Source of the DNA: Armatimonadota bacterium
GTDB taxonomy: Bacteria > Armatimonadota > UBA5829
DNA: 57,594 nucleotides
NCBI GenBank assembly: GCA_012522555.1
Contig: JAAYKG010000060.1
Coordinates: 1 to 57,594 of the forward strand
Reading direction: 5' to 3'
The translations under genes and the position numbers were made by a program. The first letter of the stretch is position 1. Each line of letters starts with the position of its first letter. The notes below the pieces were generated by a model. The model searched no databases and had not been told where the DNA came from. It saw only the letters and a program-made list of their open reading frames with translations. Below are positions 28,150 to 36,531 of the stretch, piece by piece.

Positions 28150-28242
28150 CTTACTAGTCCTCCTCGGCTTTCACACAGCCTCGGTGTCATCTGCCCCATC
28201 ATATTACGCCCCAAACGCCAAAAAGGCAAACCCCGAAGCTTG

Positions 28243-28330
28243 AGAACGGCAGCCCGGCCGACATACACGTCTTCGTGTTTAGCCCCGTGGCTTTGCGTCC
28301 CCTTCTTTCGAAGAGTTTGCCTTTATCATT
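28243..28330 (-). promoter_or_regulatory. c-di-GMP-I (GEMM-I) riboswitch aptamer in the flgM leader
   Basis: The minus strand reads AAAGGCAAACUCUUC-GAAA-GAAGGGGACGCAAAGCCACGGGGCUAAACACG-AAGA-CGUGUAUGUCGGCCGGGCUGCCG. It has a GCAAAC segment, a GAAA-capped hairpin, the near-invariant GGGACGCAAAGCC junction, a second hairpin and a GC-rich 3' strand. A paralogue lies at 44262. Confidence 0.8.
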
Positions 28331-28350
28331 TGATTAATCTCTATTCTTTG

Positions 28351-28378
28351 TTATCGGAACCTCATGGCGTAGTCTTTA
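28351..28378 (-). promoter_or_regulatory. sigma-28 (FliA)-type promoter for flgM
   Basis: The minus strand reads TAAA-N16-TCCGATAA (consensus TAAA-N15-GCCGATAA), placed just upstream of the riboswitch aptamer. Confidence 0.5.
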
Positions 28379-28479
28379 GGGCTATGCGCATTATTATCTA
28401 AATATTTTTGCAGATAACGCTCGACCCAATAGCTCTATCATCTTGTGCAGATTGTGGAATAACCATAGCGTCCGAAGCA

Positions 28480-28508
28480 TTGACTTGTCACCATTCTCGA
28501 GCTATTCT
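28480..28508 (+). promoter_or_regulatory. candidate sigma-70 promoter for the C25 peptidase gene (TTGACT-N17-TATTCT)
   Basis: TTGACT at 28480-28485 and TATTCT at 28503-28508, about 55 nt upstream of TTG 28565. Confidence 0.3.
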
Positions 28509-28564
28509 GAGGTTATGGCCATTTTGCGACTCGTCATACCGCCTCGCAGCACAGGAGGCCCTAG

Positions 28565-31500
28565 TTGCGCAAGTTGTTTTTGATTATTTTCTCCGTTTTG
28601 CTGGCTACCAGCGCGTCCGCATCGGGTTATTTTGCCGTGCCAACTCCGTCATTCGAGCCGGAATTCAAAACCATGGAGAGCGGGCTCTATATTTTGGCAC
28701 CTGGCTATAGCAATTATTCCTCTCCTGGTGATCCATCACTGCCGTTTCAAGATATAAGGGTTATCGTGCCTCCTGATGCCCTCCCGTCTTCAATCACAGT
28801 CGCTCTTACAGACAACAAACTCGACACAATAACCGTTGAAAAGCAGATCGTGCCTACACCTCCAATCAAGCTCGCTCTCGACGACTCCCCTGTCTTGGAT
28901 TGGGGCACAAACAAACAAATTGATTCTGGTCGAAACACACTCGTATACTTAGCCGACGAGCTATTTCCGGCCTCTCACGTCCAGCTCATCAGCGTAAATA
29001 ACCTTCGTAAATGGAAGATCGCCACCGTGCGCTACTTCCCCTTGCGATACAATCCGATCACATCCACTCTTGAACGAACTACCGGTGGGCAGATATCGCT
29101 TTCCTACAGCACAGTTATTCATACAAATGACCTTTCACCGGAGCGCCTTGCTGATGATATGTTCGCGGACAAAGTTCAATGCCTTACAGCCAACTACTCC
29201 GACGCCAAGTCGTGGTACACTTCGCCAAAATCTATTCGCAGTACCACACTTATGCAATCCAGCTCCGATCCGTGTTACATGATCATTACCACATCCGCCG
29301 TAACCTCTGCCAGCAACCAACTGCAAGCCTTTGCCTCCCACAAAGCAAATCGGGGTTTTACGGTAGAAATAGCGACCGAGGATGACTGGGGCGGCGGCAT
29401 CGGGGATGATGCCGCCAACAACATTCGCTCGTATTTAGCCGATAATTATATATCAAAACAGATTCAATACGTGCTGCTTATCGGAAATCCAGACCCTACG
29501 GTCGGCGATGTGCCGATGAAGATGCTTTGGCCTCGCTACTACAGCATCGATCCGTACCGCGAAGCTCCGTCCGATTATTTCTACGCCGATCTAACTGGAA
29601 ATTGGGACCTTGACGGTGACGGCTACTATGGCCAGCAAGAAGGCGATTTCGGCCCTGAGGGTGTGGATGTTTTTCCCGAAGTCATTGTGGGCCGGATTCC
29701 CTACTATGGCGACATTTCCGAAGTCGATTCAATCCTGCAAAAGACTATCAGCTACGAAACGGGTGCATTTAGAGGGGATTGGGTTAGAAATGTCTTGCTT
29801 AGTATGAAGCCATCGGACAGTTATACACCGGGATATCATCTTGGCGAGGCAATAAAAACCGATGCTGTGGCTCCGGCGGATATGCATGCTACTACAGTTT
29901 ATGATAGCGACTACGGCCTCACACCCGCACCGGATTACACTCCCTGCAGCTTCGAAAATGTTATTTCCGCCTGGCAGCAGCACGCCGGTTTCCATTTCTG
30001 GTGGACCCACGGCAACGAGACCACTGCAGCCGACGTCATCAGCACAGACCGGTGCCAAAATCTCGACGACATCCACCCATCATTCATCTTTCAATGCTCG
30101 TGTCTCAACGGCTACCCCGAAAGAGACGACAATTTAGGCTTTGCTTTGCTGAAGTGTGGGGCTATTGCGACCAATTCCGCCAGCCGCGTTTCCTGGTACT
30201 ATCCCGGTCAGACCAACTTCGCCAATTCGGACTCCAATTCCGGCCTCGCCTATACATACGCGACCAAGCTGATCCGAGATCACTTGCCGTGCGGAGACGC
30301 GCATTATGCAACGCTCGCCGAGGTTCCAAATGTTATTTGGATGAATCACTGCGTCTTCAATCTCTACGGAGACCCGTCGGTGCAGTACCCTTCCGCCCCG
30401 ACAATATCCCATTCTCCGTTGGGCAATACCGATGTTACAACGCAGCCATACGCCATACGGGCTACCATCGCAAGTACTACACCCATAGCTCCTGCCAGCC
30501 CGAAACTCTATTGGAAAACATCCGCGTCAAATGCGTTCACAGAGCAAACTCTGCAGTCTTTAGGGGGAGGCGCATATGCCGGCTCGATCCCCGCACAAGG
30601 TCTGAATACGATCGTTTCCTATTATCTCGAAGCCACCGACAGCGTCGGTGAAACAACGCTTCTTCCCGCCGATGCTCCGACCAACGTGATATCCTTCGAG
30701 ATCAGAGCCGACGTAGAGCCTCCGGTGATAACACACACTCCCCTGGCCGATACGCCAAACAAGTTCGGCCCTTATCCGGTCGAGGCGTCTATCACCGATG
30801 ATCTTGGGATCCTGTCCGCCTCCGTACACTACAAAATCAATGATGGGCCTTGGCGGCATCTTGAGATGGAGCGCACATCCGGCGATATTTTTTCTGCTCT
30901 TATGCTCGGCCCGACAGCGTCCGGGGATACGGTTAGCTATTATCTCACTGCAACCGATATTTCGCTGGAATCTAGAACCACGCGGCTTCCGGATGTCGGC
31001 GCCTATTCGTTTAACATCGGCAAAAAGATTTACGTCGGAGTCTTCAACTCTAGTGAAACACCGTACTATTTCAGCGGCGGCAACTCGAACGCCTGGGGGC
31101 CAGTTTCCAATATTCTTAATACAGACCCGGCCCGTAGATTTCAAGTCAGCGTGATCACGGATCTCGATGGAGATAACGGATCGATCGGGATAACTGGGCA
31201 GGATGTGCTGTTTCTACCAGACAACGCCGTTCCATACACTTGCATGCAGACGGTATCGGATTGGTTCGAGCCTGGGAAAACAATTGTCGCGATGGACAGT
31301 GCGGCTTCCTATGCCGCATACACCGGGTGGATGTGGCCTGGAGCAGTCGGCACCAATGGTTATGCGATCATACCTGGCCTAGGTTATTGGACCAACGACG
31401 CAGACGCGAACGACCAGCAGATTTGGGCGGCCGATAGTATAACCAAGGATTACACTATTGGACAAGTAATAGGTTCGGCAGCGGGGGACGCCGTTTTTTA

Positions 31501-32623
31501 CACAAATAAGTTGCCCACGGATGCTCACGCGCTTTCCGGCAGCGCAACCAAACCAAACATATGTCATGCCGCATATCGAGATGTCCCTGGCAAGGGCCGC
31601 ATTGTCGTCCTCGGGCCGTATATCCAACCCATCGAAAGCCAGTATTCGATCATTCGCGAATCCGCCGTCCCTCCCACGTCCCCACGCGGCCTCCAGCTAA
31701 TCTCCCCTAACGGTGGAGAATCATTCGCTGCCGGCGCACAGGTCAAAATCAGATTCACCGCTACAGGAGGTTGGATAGAGTCCGATAGGATCAAAATAGA
31801 GTATTGTACGGGCCTTGACGCGGTCTGGAGACAGGTTGCGGGCGCACAGTCTCTCGACTACGACTCGGAAAGTTTCACGTGGAACACTGCGAACCTTCCG
31901 GGAAGTCACGGCTACCTCGTGCGCATAAGCACGCTTGATGAAGCGCTTTCGGATCAGTCCGATATGCCGTTTTCCATTGTTCCCAATATAGACATATCCT
32001 CCGCCAAATCTGTCCCAGACGGGGATCTGATCAGATTACCAGGCAAGGTGGTAATTTGCGGTATAGATGGATTCACATATATCGAGGAGCCGGATCGGCG
32101 TGCCGGTATTCGGATAATTGGAGCCACAGGGTTATCCATTTCGACTCTGGTCAATATAACGGGCTGCTTAGACACAATCGACAGGGAGCGCGTTGTTGAT
32201 GCCGATTCTGTGGAGGTGCTCGGGCCGGGGGCTCAAGTGCGACCTTATGTGATGAGTTACCGGGCCATTGGTGGAACAGATTTCGGTTTGCAATCAGCAG
32301 TGATGGAATACAGGTTACACCAGTCCAGCCAAGCCGTGCCGACTATAGGACTAAACAATATAGGGCTTTTAGTCCGGGCGTCCGGCAGGGTAGTCGCAAG
32401 TGGTGTGGATTGGTTCTACATTGACGACGGTTCGAGGTGTAACGACGGCTCCGGCATGATCGGGGTCAAGGTTCTATGCCCGAACTCGAATCCGCCGGCT
32501 CAAGGTGAATTTGTGGTGATCAACGCGGTCAGCAGCGCATATTTTGAGCGCAACGGACTGTGGCGCGCTTTGGTGCTGCCAGGCTCGCATCACTTGATGA
32601 CGCTCGACAAATCTCAAGAGTAG
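28565..32623 (+). CDS. large secreted gingipain-like cysteine peptidase (peptidase C25 family) with Ig/Fn3-like repeats and C-terminal beta modules
   Basis: TTG start and Sec signal (LFLIIFSVLLATSASASG). C25-like core: YMIITTS..., YVLLIGNPDP, DYFYADLTGNWDLDGDGYYG, VIVGRIPYY. Candidate catalytic His (WWTHGNE) and Cys (FIFQCSCLNG). 1352 aa. Confidence 0.8.
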   Translation: MRKLFLIIFSVLLATSASASGYFAVPTPSFEPEFKTMESGLYILAPGYSNYSSPGDPSLPFQDIRVIVPPDALPSSITVALTDNKLDTITVEKQIVPTPPIKLALDDSPVLDWGTNKQIDSGRNTLVYLADELFPASHVQLISVNNLRKWKIATVRYFPLRYNPITSTLERTTGGQISLSYSTVIHTNDLSPERLADDMFADKVQCLTANYSDAKSWYTSPKSIRSTTLMQSSSDPCYMIITTSAVTSASNQLQAFASHKANRGFTVEIATEDDWGGGIGDDAANNIRSYLADNYISKQIQYVLLIGNPDPTVGDVPMKMLWPRYYSIDPYREAPSDYFYADLTGNWDLDGDGYYGQQEGDFGPEGVDVFPEVIVGRIPYYGDISEVDSILQKTISYETGAFRGDWVRNVLLSMKPSDSYTPGYHLGEAIKTDAVAPADMHATTVYDSDYGLTPAPDYTPCSFENVISAWQQHAGFHFWWTHGNETTAADVISTDRCQNLDDIHPSFIFQCSCLNGYPERDDNLGFALLKCGAIATNSASRVSWYYPGQTNFANSDSNSGLAYTYATKLIRDHLPCGDAHYATLAEVPNVIWMNHCVFNLYGDPSVQYPSAPTISHSPLGNTDVTTQPYAIRATIASTTPIAPASPKLYWKTSASNAFTEQTLQSLGGGAYAGSIPAQGLNTIVSYYLEATDSVGETTLLPADAPTNVISFEIRADVEPPVITHTPLADTPNKFGPYPVEASITDDLGILSASVHYKINDGPWRHLEMERTSGDIFSALMLGPTASGDTVSYYLTATDISLESRTTRLPDVGAYSFNIGKKIYVGVFNSSETPYYFSGGNSNAWGPVSNILNTDPARRFQVSVITDLDGDNGSIGITGQDVLFLPDNAVPYTCMQTVSDWFEPGKTIVAMDSAASYAAYTGWMWPGAVGTNGYAIIPGLGYWTNDADANDQQIWAADSITKDYTIGQVIGSAAGDAVFYTNKLPTDAHALSGSATKPNICHAAYRDVPGKGRIVVLGPYIQPIESQYSIIRESAVPPTSPRGLQLISPNGGESFAAGAQVKIRFTATGGWIESDRIKIEYCTGLDAVWRQVAGAQSLDYDSESFTWNTANLPGSHGYLVRISTLDEALSDQSDMPFSIVPNIDISSAKSVPDGDLIRLPGKVVICGIDGFTYIEEPDRRAGIRIIGATGLSISTLVNITGCLDTIDRERVVDADSVEVLGPGAQVRPYVMSYRAIGGTDFGLQSAVMEYRLHQSSQAVPTIGLNNIGLLVRASGRVVASGVDWFYIDDGSRCNDGSGMIGVKVLCPNSNPPAQGEFVVINAVSSAYFERNGLWRALVLPGSHHLMTLDKSQE

Positions 32624-32629
32624 AAGCGA

Positions 32630-33301
32630 TTAAAACCGATCCATCGCTCCCTCAATCGCCACGACACGCGTCGGAGCGCCGTCCAAACCGGCCAGATTTA
32701 ACGGCAGAGCTGTCAGAAAGACGCGGTCTGCGGTGATTTGGCTCATATTCGCGACAGTCTCCAAAAGTACCATTCCGGTCGACAATAAAGCTTTGTGGAC
32801 TTGAAGGCCCTGCGAAGTGTGAACTGATGGCTGCTCGATGCCGAGGAGTTTAATTTTCCTCGCCGCCAGCCACGCCGCCGCCCCCTCGCTCAAACTCGGG
32901 AACTCCGTAAAAAACTCCGGTTCATTCCATCGCTTTCCCCATCCGGTCTTGAGGAGCAGCCTCGCGCCTTCCGGTACCCTGCTATCAAACAAGTCGAGGT
33001 CGGCCGAAATGATCTCCGCACGCGGCGCAAGCTCTCCAAAATCCAACACCTCTGCCCACCCGACGAGCGCATCAAGATCGAATCTATCCACCCCACGATT
33101 ATCATGCATGGCGTGGTGGGGGCTGTCTATATGCGTGCCGGTATGAGTGCCAAAACAAACCTTGCTGTTGTTATAGTCATTTTGCGGGATAACCGACGTT
33201 CGATTAAACACCACCTCGACATCGCCGGGCCACACAGGCATACCATCCGTTATCTTATATGTCAGATCAATCAGCCTATTCAAAATGCCCTCCTGCGCCA
33301 A
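32630..33301 (-). CDS. cyclase-family protein (kynurenine formamidase-like)
   Basis: HTGTHIDSPHH metal-binding motif of the putative cyclase family (PF04199). 223 aa. Confidence 0.88.
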   Translation of the reverse strand: MAQEGILNRLIDLTYKITDGMPVWPGDVEVVFNRTSVIPQNDYNNSKVCFGTHTGTHIDSPHHAMHDNRGVDRFDLDALVGWAEVLDFGELAPRAEIISADLDLFDSRVPEGARLLLKTGWGKRWNEPEFFTEFPSLSEGAAAWLAARKIKLLGIEQPSVHTSQGLQVHKALLSTGMVLLETVANMSQITADRVFLTALPLNLAGLDGAPTRVVAIEGAMDRF

Positions 33302-33371
33302 TCATATCAAAGTATAGCCTCAATAGAGCTGTTTTGAATACCCGCTGGTCATTATCCAGGCCCTAAACACC

Positions 33372-33401
33372 AAAAAAGGTGGCGTCTGAACAGACGCCAC
33401 C
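33372..33401 (-). terminator. rho-independent terminator after the TIM-barrel gene
   Basis: The minus strand reads GGTGGCGTC-TGTTCA-GACGCCACC followed by TTTTTT. Confidence 0.75.
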
Positions 33402-33422
33402 TTAGCTGTCAACGAGGTTCTC

Positions 33423-34343
33423 TTAAGCCTTCTTCCACTGCTCGCGCAGGAACTTAACCGATTTAGGGATCTCCACCTCCGGGTCACCTATGCAGCCACA
33501 CTCGAAGCTGCAAAAGTCCCGGTATCCGAGCATCTTCAGGCCCTTGAAGCCGTTAGTATAATCCCGTTCATCCTGCCCCGGCAGATTGCGCCTTATTGAA
33601 GCCAGGTGCACGTGTCGAAGCATCTCGCCACCAGACAAGAACGCCCCCATATCGCTGGTCTCCTCGACAAACATGTGATAGAAATCACCCATCACACACG
33701 CAGCCGGATGACCAACATCCCTGCAAATCGCCGCCGCATCCGCCACCAAACGCACATACCAGGTCTCCTTGCGATTAAGTGGTTCAAGCAGCATCCGAGT
33801 CCCGGCCTGCGAGGCAAACTCGCAAAGCTCCGGGAGTTGATCGAGCAGAACCTTGCGCCCCTCGATATGGTCGAGCTTGGTCTGCCCATTAAATGCAGGC
33901 ACATAGATCAGGCCCGTTGAGCCAAGCTCTCCGGCCGCGGTGAGGATCACCTTCATGCTGTCCACACACTGTTTGCGAATGGCAGCATCGTCGCTCATCA
34001 GCGCTCCGTCGAATCCGGCGCAGATCGCTGTCATTTTGATTTTGGAATTGGCAAGCACCGATTTGATCTCAGTGACTCGCTTCTCGAGGCCCCTTCCGCC
34101 GACCTCAAGGCCATCGATGTCCCACTTTTCCATTTTGGCGATTTTCTCAGGCAAATCTTTACCAGGAATACGGCCTTCCTGGCTTGCGATTTGCAGCACC
34201 GCGCCCTTCTTTGGCTCCGATTTTTTTACGCCAACCAGACCGGTGTCTTCGATTCCGGCTTGTGCGCCGGACGCCAATCCAGCGGCCATAGCCGCGCCGC
34301 TGATCACCCCTGCTGTGAGCAATTCACGTCTACTTATCTTCAT
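33423..34343 (-). CDS. Tat-exported sugar phosphate isomerase/epimerase (xylose isomerase-like TIM barrel)
   Basis: Twin-arginine signal (SRRELLTAGVISGAAMAAGLASGAQA) followed by an AP_endonuc_2-type TIM-barrel pattern. Confidence 0.88.
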   Translation of the reverse strand: MKISRRELLTAGVISGAAMAAGLASGAQAGIEDTGLVGVKKSEPKKGAVLQIASQEGRIPGKDLPEKIAKMEKWDIDGLEVGGRGLEKRVTEIKSVLANSKIKMTAICAGFDGALMSDDAAIRKQCVDSMKVILTAAGELGSTGLIYVPAFNGQTKLDHIEGRKVLLDQLPELCEFASQAGTRMLLEPLNRKETWYVRLVADAAAICRDVGHPAACVMGDFYHMFVEETSDMGAFLSGGEMLRHVHLASIRRNLPGQDERDYTNGFKGLKMLGYRDFCSFECGCIGDPEVEIPKSVKFLREQWKKA

Positions 34344-34372
34344 CTGAAACCTCCATAATCACGCACTGACGC

Positions 34373-35647
34373 CTACACGAACTTGGTCTGCCCAGGCACC
34401 GCAACAGGGGCCACCGGCAGCGGGCCAAACTCGAGCTTCGCGGGCATCAGGTCCTCCTGAGAATTGAGCGCCTGCTCCCAGGATATTTCCTGTCCGGTAT
34501 AAGCGGACATTCTGCCCATAATCGCGGTTAAGCAGCTTTCGGCGACCGTTTTTGCTTCGTTGAGCGGCTTGCCCGCGCGGATGCTGTCGATGAGGTCCTT
34601 GTGCTCCTGCTGATAAGCGCCGGGGTTGTCTCCCTCAAATCTCCACGCATTGGCACCGAATATACCGCCTCCACAGTTCGAGTGGCCTTTCTGGCCCACA
34701 ATTCGTTCGGAGACGTTGTTTACACAGCCGTCGATCTGTCGGCACATGCTCATAACATGAACATCATTGGGATAGATGAAGTCAATCGCAAAATGATCGA
34801 AAATGTGCCCGAACGCCGGATCAACGCGAACTTCTCGCCCGCCCATTCCAACGGCCTTCTCGGGATGCGCCCCAATCGCCCAGTTGATGACGTCGATATT
34901 GTGGACGTGTTGCTCGCAGATATGATCACCGGAAAGCCACGTGAAATACAACCAGTTGCGCAGTTGCCACTCCATATCGGTCCACTCTGGCTTGCGGGCG
35001 TGGTTCCACAGCCCTCCCTGGTTCCAATAGCACTGCCCTCCGACTATCTCGCCGATCGCGCCGTCGTGAATGCGCTTCATCGTTTCGACATAGCTCCTTT
35101 GGTGCCTGCGCTGTGTGCCTGCGACGACCCCGAGCTTCTTCTGTGTTGCAATCTCACCTGCGGCGATGACCGTGCGCACCCCAGGCCCATCGACGGCCAC
35201 AGGCTTCTCCATAAAGACATGCTTGCCCGCTTCGATAGCAGCCTTAAAATGCGATGGTCTGAACCCGGGAGGCGCGGCAAGGATCACCAGATCGACACCC
35301 GATGCGATAACTTTTTTATACGCGTCGAACCCGACAAAACAGCGGCTCTTCGGTATGTCCACTTGTTTTTTTATGTCTTCACTGCCGGTGAGGTTGCTCA
35401 GACATCCATCAACACGATCCTGAAACGCGTCGCCCAGGGCCACAATCTTGATCCCCGGTCCGCCTGCGTTAATGCAGTCTTTGGCGGCTCCCGTTCCACG
35501 ACCCCCGCAGCCAATAACGCCGACTCTGATAACATCGGAGCCTGCCGCATGCACGTTCTGCCCAAGCAGTACCGGCCCGGCACCGACTAATACAGCCGCA
35601 GCAGCCGTGGACTTGAGAAAGTCCCTTCGAGAAAGCCCGTTTTCCAT
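34373..35647 (-). CDS. Tat-exported Gfo/Idh/MocA family oxidoreductase
   Basis: SRRDFLKSTAAAAVL Tat signal and IRVGVIGCGGRGTGA Rossmann motif. Typical Gfo/Idh/MocA N- and C-domains. Confidence 0.92.
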   Translation of the reverse strand: MENGLSRRDFLKSTAAAAVLVGAGPVLLGQNVHAAGSDVIRVGVIGCGGRGTGAAKDCINAGGPGIKIVALGDAFQDRVDGCLSNLTGSEDIKKQVDIPKSRCFVGFDAYKKVIASGVDLVILAAPPGFRPSHFKAAIEAGKHVFMEKPVAVDGPGVRTVIAAGEIATQKKLGVVAGTQRRHQRSYVETMKRIHDGAIGEIVGGQCYWNQGGLWNHARKPEWTDMEWQLRNWLYFTWLSGDHICEQHVHNIDVINWAIGAHPEKAVGMGGREVRVDPAFGHIFDHFAIDFIYPNDVHVMSMCRQIDGCVNNVSERIVGQKGHSNCGGGIFGANAWRFEGDNPGAYQQEHKDLIDSIRAGKPLNEAKTVAESCLTAIMGRMSAYTGQEISWEQALNSQEDLMPAKLEFGPLPVAPVAVPGQTKFV

Positions 35648-35710
35648 ATTGATCTCCCTTTACATTGCACAGAACCCCGGGGTTCTGCATTTTGCTTGCT
35701 GGTCGTTAAA

Positions 35711-36505
35711 TTACAGTTCGCGCAACACCCTGAATCCTACAAATTCACCATCCGAAAGCCACCACTTGCTTTTTGGATCCTGAGGATCGTTGGCTTGCCA
35801 CGCATCGGTTTGATACTTCCGAGTCGATGGCTTACATTTAGCCGGCAGATCCATAAACGATCCGCCACACACCACCGGCTTGCCTTTCAGATCGACGCAC
35901 CACTCCGCCACATTGCCCAACATATCGTGAATATCCCAGGCATTTGGCTTCTTGGATGCGACCGCTGAGGTTTTCTCGGCAAACGTGACAGCCATTTCTT
36001 TAAGCTTTTCGGCGTTTGGCTCCGCCGCGCCTGCCCGGCACGCGAATTCCCATTCAGCTTCGGTCGGCAGCCGATATTTATGACCCGACTTCTTCGACAG
36101 CCACTCACAATACGACTTCGCGCCCAGGTAGGTAATGTTGATCGCCGGGTAGCCTTTATGGCCAAAGCCACGGTCAATCGACCCATAGGGGTTACTTGGT
36201 GTGGAGGTCGCGTCTTTTTCTACCAGTTTTACTTCTTCCAGCGCACCCAATCTGTATGCATCATAGGCATCCCAGGTGGTCTCAGTTTTTGCGATATAAA
36301 ACGGTCCGACTTTGATTTTTTTTGTTGCACCTTCTTTTGCCGGATCGGGCATCGTGATCTCGCCGGCTGCCACAAGCGCCATATCGAACTTAACCAATGT
36401 CCCTGGGATTTCCTGGGTATAGACTTTTTGCGGGGTTTTATCCGCTCGAGCGACACAAGCGCCAAGCAAAAGCACGCAGGCACCGATCAAGACTCTAGTT
36501 TTCAT
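35711..36505 (-). CDS. secreted formylglycine-generating-enzyme (SUMF1/FGE-sulfatase) domain protein
   Basis: Signal peptide MKTRVLIGACVLLLGACVARA. YRLPTEAEWEFACR and DMLGNVAEWCVD are hallmark FGE-sulfatase motifs. Start at ATG 36505. Confidence 0.88.
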   Translation of the reverse strand: MKTRVLIGACVLLLGACVARADKTPQKVYTQEIPGTLVKFDMALVAAGEITMPDPAKEGATKKIKVGPFYIAKTETTWDAYDAYRLGALEEVKLVEKDATSTPSNPYGSIDRGFGHKGYPAINITYLGAKSYCEWLSKKSGHKYRLPTEAEWEFACRAGAAEPNAEKLKEMAVTFAEKTSAVASKKPNAWDIHDMLGNVAEWCVDLKGKPVVCGGSFMDLPAKCKPSTRKYQTDAWQANDPQDPKSKWWLSDGEFVGFRVLREL

Positions 36506-36531
36506 AGATTGTCCTTTCTGTGGCGTGCTGC

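Noticed and set aside
28093-28710. ORFs 28093-28401 and 28408-28710 in the flgM/C25 divergent region
   Set aside because: The first is antisense to the riboswitch and sigma-28 promoter. The second runs out of frame into the well-supported signal peptide of the C25 gene. The region is better explained as regulatory RNA and promoters.
34601-35590. 329-aa plus-strand ORF
   Set aside because: It is antisense to the Gfo/Idh/MocA oxidoreductase and has no motifs. It is a shadow ORF.
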